NCBI GenBank assembly: GCA_041659325.1
Contig: JBAZYN010000001.1
Location: 302,819 to 366,818, forward strand
From: Candidatus Shapirobacteria bacterium
Lineage (GTDB): Bacteria; Patescibacteriota; Microgenomatia; UBA12405
DNA: 64,000 bases
Direction of reading: 5' to 3'
Below, one piece after another: positions 10,322 to 18,725 of the stretch (position 1 is the stretch's first letter; every line of letters starts with the position of its first letter). The notes under the pieces are model-generated. The model saw only the letters and a list, made by a program, of their open reading frames with translations. It did not search any database and was not told the DNA's origin. Made by a program: the position numbers and the translations under genes.

Positions 10322-11579
10322 CCTAAAAAGAATCTTATCAACAGGACTAATATTAGCCATAATCAACTATACTAGCGCATTCAGTAACTATCTCTTTCAT
10401 TTAATATCGGGAAGAATATTAACTCTTGATTCCTTCGGACAGCTACAGAGTCTGATAAATCTAAACACCATCGTCGGTATGTTGGTGAGCGCTGTCGGAC
10501 CTGCAATCATCCTGTTCTTCAGCAGTATCGACGACAATAATATCAAAAGCAATCTCAAATTAGTAGAAAAGAAAATATTTTCGATCTCTTTTTTCACCTC
10601 CATCCTTCTCATTGTTCTCTATCTACCGTTAAAGTTACTCTTAAAAATACAATCCGATATATATCTTATTTGGATAGTTCAGGTTGCGGCCTCGGTTTTC
10701 TATCTTCTCTATCTTTCTGTTTTTCAATCAAAACTAAAACTCATTATTTACGCCCTCTCAGGCTTATTTTTTTCAATACTCAAAAATATTTTCTCTATCC
10801 TTTTTTCTTTTACTGCAATAAGAGCCCTCGGCCCATACCTTAGCCCGGCACTTACCACCGTTATTATGGCAATATGCCTTAAAATATTAATTTCGGAAAT
10901 ATGGCCATCAAAAAATTACACCGCCATTAAATCAGACACCTCTATTTCTTTTTGGAAATACTCATTCTCTGCCCTCCTTACCAACACCTTTCTTATCTTT
11001 GTGATATCTCAGGATATTTTTATTGTCAGATATTATTTTTCTGAAACTACTTCCGGTATTTATTCGTCGGCGTCTATTATCGGGAAAATAATTTTATACG
11101 CTGTTTCCCCGATTACTATTTACCTTTTCCCTTTATATATAAAATATCGCAACGATATCCAAAAACTAAAATATATGTTATATACATCAACTCTAGCTAT
11201 AATTGCAGTCACCACCATCGCCTCGATTATCTATAAACTTTATTCCGATGCCATTATAAACCTGCTTCTTGGGACAAAATTCTCTGAATCTGCAAAAATT
11301 CTACCCGTTTATGCCGTTTTTATATCAATCTACTCAGTTCTTTTCCACGTTTGCCAGTTTTTTCTTTCCCGAAAATCATCGTTATCCTACAAAATACCGA
11401 TCTCAATTTTTTTGACCCAATCCTTACTTCTGTATCTTTTTCATCAAAACTCAAAACAAGTTATCTTAATGTCAACTATCTCAATGCCCCTCGGAGTTAT
11501 ATCTTTATCGTTATTAACTTTGTTGCGTCAACTGTATCATCGCGTCCTTGGCCGGTTTGTAAGTAGGAGATTTCTGTAA
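10308..11579 (+). CDS. Oligosaccharide flippase-like polytopic membrane protein (MOP/Wzx-like)
   Basis: 423 aa, about 12 predicted TM helices. N-terminal region resembles the polysaccharide biosynthesis protein family. Its 3' end overlaps the convergent gene by about 66 bp. Confidence 0.45.
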   Translation: MKKHSLKRILSTGLILAIINYTSAFSNYLFHLISGRILTLDSFGQLQSLINLNTIVGMLVSAVGPAIILFFSSIDDNNIKSNLKLVEKKIFSISFFTSILLIVLYLPLKLLLKIQSDIYLIWIVQVAASVFYLLYLSVFQSKLKLIIYALSGLFFSILKNIFSILFSFTAIRALGPYLSPALTTVIMAICLKILISEIWPSKNYTAIKSDTSISFWKYSFSALLTNTFLIFVISQDIFIVRYYFSETTSGIYSSASIIGKIILYAVSPITIYLFPLYIKYRNDIQKLKYMLYTSTLAIIAVTTIASIIYKLYSDAIINLLLGTKFSESAKILPVYAVFISIYSVLFHVCQFFLSRKSSLSYKIPISIFLTQSLLLYLFHQNSKQVILMSTISMPLGVISLSLLTLLRQLYHRVLGRFVSRRFL

Positions 11580-13223
11580 AATCATGGAAAAAATCTTTTC
11601 TGCTTCCTTCGTAAACCCCGCCTGGGCATTTACCACCCCATAAACATACCACGCCTGTAAATCATTTGGCTGCATATCTAAATATTTTTTCGAATGTTCC
11701 AATGCCTGATCATATTTCATCTCGGCCAAATCAATTTGGGTTAAACTCAAATAGGTCTGGAACAGCCCCGGAGAATACGACAAAGCCGTATTATAACTGT
11801 CCCGTGCCAAGTCAAACCGGCCCATTTTATAAAAAATATTAGCCCGATTGTGGAAAGCATCGGCATAGTTTGGCTTAACAATTGTTGACTGGGTAAATCC
11901 CTTTATCGCATTTTCGTATTGCGCCAACTTATCATAATCATCTCCAATATTATTCCAAGCATTGTGACTATTCGGAGAAACCTGGCACGTATTTACCCAT
12001 AAATTATGGTTAGTCTGCCAATCAATATTTCGAAGATAAACCCTTGCCCCATACAAAAACACAATCGACGCCAACAAAAAGTATTGAACCATAAAAAACT
12101 TGTTCCAAACCGAATCCAAAATTAACGCCAAAAAAGCCGCAAATCCCAGTGATCCTAGAAAGGCATATCTTTCGGCCACTAACCAACTTACCTTAACCGG
12201 TGCCATTGACGGCACCATTGCGAAGATCACATAAGCGAGCACAAACGCAATCCTTGGCTTCCTAAATAAGAAGTAAATAACCAACGCTACATACATCGTC
12301 AGCACCACCCAATTTAACCAAACGGGAATTACATACATTGTATGATACAAAGTCAAATCAATCGGCACAAACATTAACTGCAAATATTTAGTTATCGCTG
12401 TCGGATATTGAAAAAAAGGACTATAAAATACGCTTTCAGAAAAATTGTATCCACTATTAACTGTCGAAATACGATTCTGTATCATCCTCCACAAAATTAA
12501 TATGGCAACAGTCAGTATTGCCGCAATACCCGGAAGTACGGTAGTCCAATTTACCCGTCTCAATCTATCCCTACTAAAACAAAACAGATAAAGCATTATC
12601 AGAAACGGTAAGGATAATGACCGCACCATCTCAAACCAAAACACAATCGGAATTGAAGCAAAAAACCAATATAAATACTTCTTTTTGTTTGTTTTGTCAT
12701 ACATTGCAAACAAACTCATGGAAATCAAAATCATTAAGGCATTCATAAGATATGGTTTACCGGAAATCCATGAAACGGCCTCAACGTGAACAGGCATAAC
12801 CGCAAAGATCAACATCGCGATCCTGGCCACCCTCTCTTTAAACAAAATTGTTAAAAAAACAAAACCTGCCAGGCATGTTCCTAAATACAGAACTAGACTA
12901 AAAAGGTGAAACGGGGTAGAGCTCGTAACTCCAAACACCTTTGCTATCACATAATTCATCATCGTCACTGCAAAAAAACCTTTGGACATATAAGAAAAAT
13001 CTTTTACCTGCGGATTTTGGCTAATTGTGGCATAATCATCCGACACAAAGTCACCCTTCATCCCGTTCATATACAAAAGTACAATTCCCAACAGCAATCC
13101 GGCAAGATATATCCAGTTCTCCCCCAAAATCTTTCTTATCCCGATAGATATATCATATTCAATCCCGCTATCTTTTCGAGCAATTTCCTTAATTCTCTCT
13201 TGTTTATGCCTCTTTTGCGACAT
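11514..13223 (-). CDS. Polytopic membrane protein with C-terminal TPR repeats (GT-C-like / O-glycosyl-transferase-like)
   Basis: 569 aa. The N-terminal ~400 aa are multi-TM. The C-terminus carries TPR-like repeats (AWNNIGDDYDKLAQYENAIKGF ... ADAFHNRANIFYKMGRFDLARDSYNTAL ...). Confidence 0.45.
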   Translation of the reverse strand: MSQKRHKQERIKEIARKDSGIEYDISIGIRKILGENWIYLAGLLLGIVLLYMNGMKGDFVSDDYATISQNPQVKDFSYMSKGFFAVTMMNYVIAKVFGVTSSTPFHLFSLVLYLGTCLAGFVFLTILFKERVARIAMLIFAVMPVHVEAVSWISGKPYLMNALMILISMSLFAMYDKTNKKKYLYWFFASIPIVFWFEMVRSLSLPFLIMLYLFCFSRDRLRRVNWTTVLPGIAAILTVAILILWRMIQNRISTVNSGYNFSESVFYSPFFQYPTAITKYLQLMFVPIDLTLYHTMYVIPVWLNWVVLTMYVALVIYFLFRKPRIAFVLAYVIFAMVPSMAPVKVSWLVAERYAFLGSLGFAAFLALILDSVWNKFFMVQYFLLASIVFLYGARVYLRNIDWQTNHNLWVNTCQVSPNSHNAWNNIGDDYDKLAQYENAIKGFTQSTIVKPNYADAFHNRANIFYKMGRFDLARDSYNTALSYSPGLFQTYLSLTQIDLAEMKYDQALEHSKKYLDMQPNDLQAWYVYGVVNAQAGFTKEAEKIFSMILQKSPTYKPAKDAMIQLTQQS

Positions 13224-13343
13224 AGATTTATTTTAGCAACAGACACTCCTTATCAAAAGTGCTCAAAATTCTACTAATTACCCTTCCTCACCAAGACCAA
13301 CCATAATTATCTGCAAGTTACGAAACATCCCGACTATTATATA

Positions 13344-14153
13344 ATGAACTACATGTCAGAAATCATCAATGAATTCGGTGCCATTATCAAAAGGAGAGAA
13401 TTGTTGTGGCAAATGGTTGGCCGAGAAGTTAAATCCCGATATAAACAATCAATCCTGGGCTATTTCTGGGTAATTCTAAATCCGCTAGCACAGATGATGG
13501 TTATGAGCTTTGCTTTTTCTCTGATTCTTCGCATCCCCACTAATGCCGCCGGCAACATCCCATATTCTATTTTCCTCTTTGTCGGCCTCCTACCCTGGAA
13601 CCTGTTTTCTAACTCCCTAACCTTTGCCTCGAACTCCCTGGTTGGATCAGCTCCTCTCATTACCAAGATTTATTTTCCCAGAACAATCCTCGTCATCTCT
13701 ACCATTATTGCCAAAATTATTGACTTCCTTTTTGCCCTGTCCATTCTGGTGGTCTATATGGTCATTTACCAAATCCCGATTAACACCAATATCCTCTGGG
13801 TTGTCCCCATCTTCTTAATCCAACAGATTTTCACCATGGGTTTATCCTTATTTTTTGCCGCCGCTAATCTTTTGTACCGCGATATCCAATACCTCTTAAG
13901 CCTTATTATCACCTTGTGGATGTATGTTACTCCCGTCATTTACCCCGCCGATCTGGTCCCGGAAAGATTAAGATTTGTCTTTCAGCTTAACCCGATGGCA
14001 GTTATCATCAACGCCTACCGCCAAACCATCCTGGGTGGGGGACCCCCCAATTACTCCAGCATCTTTATTGCCCTACTCGTTTCCCTCATTACCCTTTTGC
14101 TTGGCCTCTCTTATTTTAAATCCCGGGAAAAAATCTTTGCAGACAATATTTAG
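13344..14153 (+). CDS. ABC-2 type polysaccharide export permease (Wzm/TagG-like)
   Basis: RELLWQMVGREVKSRYKQSILGYFWVILNPL is the canonical ABC-2 permease N-terminus. Six TM helices, 269 aa. Confidence 0.75.
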   Translation: MNYMSEIINEFGAIIKRRELLWQMVGREVKSRYKQSILGYFWVILNPLAQMMVMSFAFSLILRIPTNAAGNIPYSIFLFVGLLPWNLFSNSLTFASNSLVGSAPLITKIYFPRTILVISTIIAKIIDFLFALSILVVYMVIYQIPINTNILWVVPIFLIQQIFTMGLSLFFAAANLLYRDIQYLLSLIITLWMYVTPVIYPADLVPERLRFVFQLNPMAVIINAYRQTILGGGPPNYSSIFIALLVSLITLLLGLSYFKSREKIFADNI

Positions 14154-14217
14154 CGCATTAGCACTTTAGAACTTTGGAACGTTAGAGCTTTAGTGCCGTA
14201 GATCTTTAAACAAAAAT

Positions 14218-14585
14218 ATGAATTTTACTAATCTAAAAATCTGGGAAGAAAGTCACAATCTGGCTCTAAAATTTACAAACTTTGTAAACAATTTCCAAAA
14301 ACAGAAACCTTCGGAATCATCTCACAAATACAAAGATCATCTTCGTCAGTTCCCGCCAACATTGTTGAATGATTTGGCAGAAAGAGCAATAAGGAATTTA
14401 TTCAATTCCAATATCAAGCCAAAGGCTCTTTAATAGAAACCGAACGTTTTTTAATACTTATAAACTATCTAAATTATGCCAACAAATTAACAATAGAAAA
14501 TTTATTAAACGAATACGAAATACTAGCTAAAATGCTAAACTCCTTTATCACTCAGCAAAAAAACAAATCTCATGTCCAAATTTAA
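14218..14585 (+). pseudogene. Decayed four-helix-bundle protein gene (23S rRNA intervening-sequence protein / Avd-like family). It has a frameshift in an A4 run near 14268-14271 and a single in-frame TGA at 14370-14372.
   Basis: Frame 1 from ATG 14218 gives FTNLKIWEESHNLALK. Frame 0 from about 14238 gives KIYKLCKQFPKTETFGIISQIQRSSSSVPANIVE[TGA]FGRKSNKEFIQFQYQAKGSLIETERFLILINYLNYANKLTIENLLNEYEILAKMLNSFIT. This matches the family consensus ...SQxRRAAxSIxxNIAEGFGRxSxKEFxxFLxIAxGSxxExxT... The TGA sits at the invariant Gly. Confidence 0.6.
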
Positions 14586-15411
14586 CGCTCCAAAGCTCCA
14601 AAACTCTAATACTCTACCGCTCCAAAGTTCTAACACTCTAACGCCCCAAAGTTCCAAAGTTCCAAAGCTCCAACCCTCCGACGTTCCAATCATCCAATTC
14701 TCCCACGTCACCAAAGACTTTAGTCTTCAAAACCAAAAAACATTCAAAGAGTTTTTACCTGCCCTGTTTTTAGGTGAAAAAACCGTCAACAAATTCACCG
14801 CCCTTTCCGACATCTCTTTTGAAATCCAAAGAGGGGAGTGTGTCGGCATCATCGGCCCAAACGGTAGTGGCAAATCAACCATTCTAAAGCTTGTAGCCGG
14901 GGTAATGTCGCCTACCTCCGGAAAAGTTACGGTAGAAGGAAAAATCTCCCCTCTCATCGAGCTTGGTGCTGGCATGCATCCGGAACTATCAGGCAAAGAA
15001 AACATCTACCTCAACGGCTCCATTCTCGGCCTGAAAAAATCAGAAATAAATAATTATCTTCAAAGTATCATTGACTTTGCCCAACTAGTGGATTTTATTG
15101 ACCAACCGGTTAAACATTACTCATCCGGCATGTACATGCGCCTGGCCTTTGCCGTCGCCGTCCACGTTGATCCAGAAATTTTAATTGTCGACGAAATCCT
15201 GGCTGTTGGCGATTCTGCCTTTCAGGAAAAATGCTTCCAAAAGATGGAAGAATTCAAAGCCAAAGGAGTTACCATACTTTTTGTTTCCCACTCCATGACC
15301 CAAGTCCAATCCTTTTGTTCCCGGGTCATATACCTAAACCACTCAAAATTAGTCGACCAGGGAACTCCGGAAAAAATTATCGAAAGATATCAAACTGACC
15401 AAGTCAAATGA
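14572..15411 (+). CDS. ABC transporter ATP-binding protein (Wzt/TagH-like, short form without C-terminal carbohydrate-binding domain)
   Basis: Walker A GPNGSGKST. Signature LSGGQ-like YSSGMYMRLAF. Walker B ILIVDE. H-loop SHS. An unusual ~45 aa low-complexity N-terminal extension (NAPKLQNSNTLPLQSSNTLTPQSS...) is encoded by tandem CTCCAAAG-like repeats, so the real start is uncertain. Confidence 0.75.
   Translation: MSKFNAPKLQNSNTLPLQSSNTLTPQSSKVPKLQPSDVPIIQFSHVTKDFSLQNQKTFKEFLPALFLGEKTVNKFTALSDISFEIQRGECVGIIGPNGSGKSTILKLVAGVMSPTSGKVTVEGKISPLIELGAGMHPELSGKENIYLNGSILGLKKSEINNYLQSIIDFAQLVDFIDQPVKHYSSGMYMRLAFAVAVHVDPEILIVDEILAVGDSAFQEKCFQKMEEFKAKGVTILFVSHSMTQVQSFCSRVIYLNHSKLVDQGTPEKIIERYQTDQVK
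14575..14690. repeat. Degenerate tandem octamer repeats (C/T)TCCAAAG(C/T) at the 5' end of the ABC ATPase gene. A reverse-complement copy (ctttggaacgttagagctttag) lies at 14170-14195.
   Basis: ccaaagctccaaaactc...cgctccaaagttctaacactctaacgccccaaagttccaaagttccaaagctccaacc...acgttccaat. Intergenic 14171-14195 actttggaacgttagagctttagtg is the reverse complement of a ctctaacg(tt)ccaaagt-type unit. Confidence 0.6.
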
Positions 15412-16649
15412 AAGTTTTACTTTTTGCCAATATCGGCGGCGTTCCAAACGGTTTGTATTACCATGTTGGAGATGAAGCTATGTTCCTCCAAACTTATCAC
15501 TTATATCAAAAATATTTTCCAAAAATAGAATTATCAGCTTTTGTAAGTTATCCCTCTCACACTGATCTAAAAATTACAGAGCAGTCACTTCCTCCTTTCC
15601 CTTCAAATCGGTATCTTGTTAATTTTATAATCAAATTTCTAAAATTATTATCATTAAAATTATTGCACTTGAATTTTTTCTCCCCAGAAGATATTCGTTT
15701 TATAGACTGCCTAAAAAAACAAGACGTAATCCATTTCTGCGGTGGTGGTAATCTATCCAGCTTGTTCCAAAGCTGGCTCTATCTATCTGCCTTTACAATT
15801 ATTACCGCTAAATTATTAGGCAAAAAAATCATTTTGACAAACCAAACAATTGGTCCATTCAAATTTAGAGACTTACCCTTTATCATCCCGATTCTGAATC
15901 TGCCAGAAAAAATCGTTATCAGAGAACCTAGCTCTACACTCTCACGTTATGGAATTTTGATCCCAAAAACCTCCGGGGCACCTGATATTACCTGTTTTTT
16001 AAAAAATAATCCTGTAAAAATCCAACCTAAAAAGCATATCCGCATCGGAATCTCCATCCACAATTGGGGCAAATACAACAAAATACTTATAGACAGTATT
16101 GCCCACTCTCTAAACACTGTTTCCCGATCAAAAAAAATAGAAATATTATATTTACCTCATATAATTACAAACGTTAGTGATGAGCTTGATGACTCAATTT
16201 TTATGGCTCAGTTAAACCGTCTTTTCAACCCAAAAATTAAAATCATTTCTCTCGATTTAAAAAATATTATTTATCCTGAATCAAAATTAGCAGCAAAAAT
16301 TAAGTATCTTACCTCCACTTGTGATTTAACAATTTCTACCCGATACCATAATCTTATATTTTCTTTGTCAGAAAACGTGCCGGGAATTACCTTCACCTCA
16401 GAGTCATACTATTATCAAAAGAATTCCAATGCTCTAAAATTTTATTATCCATTATCATACGGCAATTATTTAGTTCAGTTAGATCGTCATCCCCAAAAAA
16501 GAGATGCTTTTAATACTACTCTTTCCAAAATAATAACCCGGATTCATTCCAATCAGGCAGAGAAAAAACACTTATCAAAAATAAACAAAAAATTAAATTT
16601 AACAGCCAAAACTAACCTATCAAATTTTTTATATTCCGAATCTGCTTAG
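15408..16649 (+). CDS. Polysaccharide pyruvyl transferase-like (CsaB/WcaK family)
   Basis: N-terminal NIGGVPNGLYYHVGDEAMF resembles the GDEA motif. C-terminal TRYHNLIFSL resembles the conserved R-H-x-x-I pyruvyltransferase motif. 413 aa. Confidence 0.45.
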   Translation: MKVLLFANIGGVPNGLYYHVGDEAMFLQTYHLYQKYFPKIELSAFVSYPSHTDLKITEQSLPPFPSNRYLVNFIIKFLKLLSLKLLHLNFFSPEDIRFIDCLKKQDVIHFCGGGNLSSLFQSWLYLSAFTIITAKLLGKKIILTNQTIGPFKFRDLPFIIPILNLPEKIVIREPSSTLSRYGILIPKTSGAPDITCFLKNNPVKIQPKKHIRIGISIHNWGKYNKILIDSIAHSLNTVSRSKKIEILYLPHIITNVSDELDDSIFMAQLNRLFNPKIKIISLDLKNIIYPESKLAAKIKYLTSTCDLTISTRYHNLIFSLSENVPGITFTSESYYYQKNSNALKFYYPLSYGNYLVQLDRHPQKRDAFNTTLSKIITRIHSNQAEKKHLSKINKKLNLTAKTNLSNFLYSESA

Positions 16650-17496
16650 CCCACCTTATTTTTTTGGGTACTGACACTCGTTTTATCAGGCCCTTTACCA
16701 GATATCTATCTGTTTTTCCCTTTAAACATAATTTGTTGTATTCATCAATCAAATTTCCCGCTTTATAAATTTTGTACCACGCTTTCCAATGCCATCCAAT
16801 ATTTGGGTCGTTTAGCGGATTTTTTTCATAAGCCGTACCGCCATTAATAACCTTACATTTAAAATGTTCAAATGATCTTATAGGAAAATGATGTATAAAT
16901 ATATCGTTTCTGATGATTTTTTCTTCATTTAATCCTCCGCTTCCTCTTTTAATTTCGTGATTACCATACCCAATTTTCCGGTACTCGCGAGTAGTTATCA
17001 CCTTCGGAGCGTATTCATACAATAAAAATTTGTCACTATACATCTTTAAAAGAGTCTTCGGATATTTCAATGGTTTAACCACCATTAAATTCATTGCCGC
17101 AATGCCTTCTCCTTCATCTCTCTCTGGCGGCAAATAATTTAGCACATTTACGTAGTTCACCCCAACCATATCTCTTATAGTCTCCCTCAAACTTCCATTA
17201 TTCGGAAACCACATTTCATCAGCATCACAGTGAATTAAATGTGTCGCCCCCAAATTATCAATAGCCTCCTCCGCCATCGACGACACCCATTTGTCTTGCT
17301 CATAAGTGTGTTCTTTTACAATTCTATAGTTTAAAATTCCCTTTTTAGAATATTTGTCTAAAACATCTGTAGTACCATCGATCGACCCATTGTCTATCAC
17401 TACAATATGGTCCACCCCATTGTTCAAATGAAAACAAATATTATCCTCGATAACATCCTCTTCGTCCCGAACTAACAAAGTCATTATTAATTTCAT
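16612..17496 (-). CDS. Glycosyltransferase family 2-like (Glyco_tranf_2_4-type)
   Basis: MTLLVRDEEDVIEDNICFHLNNGVDHIVVIDNGSIDGT. Convergently overlaps the upstream gene by 38 bp. Confidence 0.5.
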   Translation of the reverse strand: MKLIMTLLVRDEEDVIEDNICFHLNNGVDHIVVIDNGSIDGTTDVLDKYSKKGILNYRIVKEHTYEQDKWVSSMAEEAIDNLGATHLIHCDADEMWFPNNGSLRETIRDMVGVNYVNVLNYLPPERDEGEGIAAMNLMVVKPLKYPKTLLKMYSDKFLLYEYAPKVITTREYRKIGYGNHEIKRGSGGLNEEKIIRNDIFIHHFPIRSFEHFKCKVINGGTAYEKNPLNDPNIGWHWKAWYKIYKAGNLIDEYNKLCLKGKTDRYLVKGLIKRVSVPKKIRWAKQIRNIKNLIG

Positions 17497-17654
17497 CTTT
17501 TTACTATATCCACTTATAGCACACTTCCAAGGAAGAATATATCAACATGCTGATTGCTCCATAACTATACCATTTGCTTACACAACAATATTTGTCGGAT
17601 TCACAAACCAAATACACCACCTGAACTATTATTGGTAAAAACGATAAACTACCG

Positions 17655-17668
17655 ATTTTTTGCTATAA
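17655..17668 (+). promoter_or_regulatory. Putative -10 box (TATAAT) upstream of the SPASM radical-SAM gene
   Basis: ttgcTATAATcttgaaagtATG. The hexamer lies 13 nt upstream of the start. There is no clear Shine-Dalgarno sequence. Confidence 0.3.
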
Positions 17669-17678
17669 TCTTGAAAGT

Positions 17679-18725
17679 ATGAAACGTTTTATTGATGTCT
17701 TAGTTCCATCGCCAACATGCAACCTATGTTGCCATTATTGTTACGTACCCCAAGAGATAAAACAAAGTAAAGTATCATCTTTTTTATATGAGCCAAAGCA
17801 TATTGGTCTGGCATTATCAAAAAAACGATTGGGCGGAGTATGCCATTTTAACATTTGTGGAATGGGCGAGACATTGATTCCAAAGCAGGTTTTAGATATC
17901 ACTCGAGAAATATTGAAAAATGGTCACTACGTCATGATAGTTACTAATGGCACTTTGACGGAGCGATTTCATCAATTTACTAGACTTCCGATGAAATTAA
18001 GAGATAGGTTAGGTTTTAAATTTTCATTTCACTACTTGGAGTTGGTCAAACGAGGATTGTTAGATCTTTTTTTTGACAACATTGACTTAGTAAAAAAATC
18101 GGGAATGTCGTTTTCAGTGGAAATAACTCCGTCTGACGAACTGGAACCATATATTGAAGAAATTAAAAGAATTTCAAGGAGTAGAGTCGGGGCATTGCCC
18201 CATTTGACCATTCCTCGTGATATGAAGGTATCTGATATCGTGTTACTCTCAAAATATTCATTGGATGAATTCATAAAGAAGTGGAAAGGGTTTGATTCGG
18301 AAATGTTACGTTTTAAAAAATCTACCTGGGGAATTAAGCGATGTGAATATTGTTATGCAGGAGCCTGGTCCGGTCTGTTGAATATCGGAAACGGGATTTT
18401 GACAGCATGTTATGGTAGTAAAATTACTCAAAATATTTTTGAGGATCTTAAAAAACCAATTATGTTTGTAGCCGTAGGCAAGGGATGTAATTTACCCCAT
18501 TGTTATAACTCACACTCACTGTTGACATTGGGTAATATTCCAAAAATAAAGGGTGTATACGCCAACATAAGAAATCGTAAAAATGAAAAAGATGGAAGTG
18601 AATGGTTAAAACCAAATATGAAAAAATTCTTAAGTCATAGGCTTGAAAATTACAATAAGCAATTTACATTGATAGAAAAATTAAAGAACTATACGAGAAA
18701 AAAAAGAATCGAAAATAAAAAATGA
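17679..18725 (+). CDS. Radical SAM protein with SPASM/twitch-like C-terminal Cys clusters
   Basis: CNLCCHYCY provides CxxxCxxC. C-terminal clusters CEYCYAG...ACYG and GKGCNLPHCYN. A TATAAT box lies at 17660-17665 upstream. Confidence 0.6.
   Translation: MKRFIDVLVPSPTCNLCCHYCYVPQEIKQSKVSSFLYEPKHIGLALSKKRLGGVCHFNICGMGETLIPKQVLDITREILKNGHYVMIVTNGTLTERFHQFTRLPMKLRDRLGFKFSFHYLELVKRGLLDLFFDNIDLVKKSGMSFSVEITPSDELEPYIEEIKRISRSRVGALPHLTIPRDMKVSDIVLLSKYSLDEFIKKWKGFDSEMLRFKKSTWGIKRCEYCYAGAWSGLLNIGNGILTACYGSKITQNIFEDLKKPIMFVAVGKGCNLPHCYNSHSLLTLGNIPKIKGVYANIRNRKNEKDGSEWLKPNMKKFLSHRLENYNKQFTLIEKLKNYTRKKRIENKK

Noticed and set aside
12906-13277. ORF 12906-13277 (+), 123 aa
   Set aside because: It overlaps, antisense, the N-terminal region of the TPR membrane protein gene. 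It is His/Cys/Arg-rich junk translation.
14370-14372. Genome-wide UGA=Gly recoding (genetic code 25), suggested by TGA at a conserved Gly
   Set aside because: More than 12 gene junctions in this window end in TGA exactly where the next gene starts (ATGA overlaps), and full-length conserved proteins terminate at TGA. The host therefore uses TGA as stop. Recoding is considered only as a property of a possible donor of the four-helix-bundle gene.
14370-14372. Selenocysteine insertion at the in-frame TGA
   Set aside because: The position aligns to an invariant Gly, not Cys. No SECIS-like hairpin is evident downstream. No sel genes are in the window.
14727-15005. ORF 14727-15005 (-)
   Set aside because: It is antisense to the Walker-A region of the ABC ATPase gene. 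A shadow ORF.
16612-16649. Convergent 38-bp overlap between the pyruvyltransferase-like gene and GT2 gene 16612-17496 (and the 66-bp overlap at 11514-11579)
   Set aside because: These are noted as possible mis-called C-termini or genuine convergent overlaps. No independent signal such as a hairpin was seen, so they are not reported as features.
17497-17678. Possible precursor peptide or tRNA in the 180-bp intergenic region upstream of the SPASM radical-SAM gene
   Set aside because: The only ORF is 5 codons (MLIAP). There is no cloverleaf-like sequence (no GTTC/TΨC-like arm pairing) and no leader/core-like peptide. It is probably just a promoter region.
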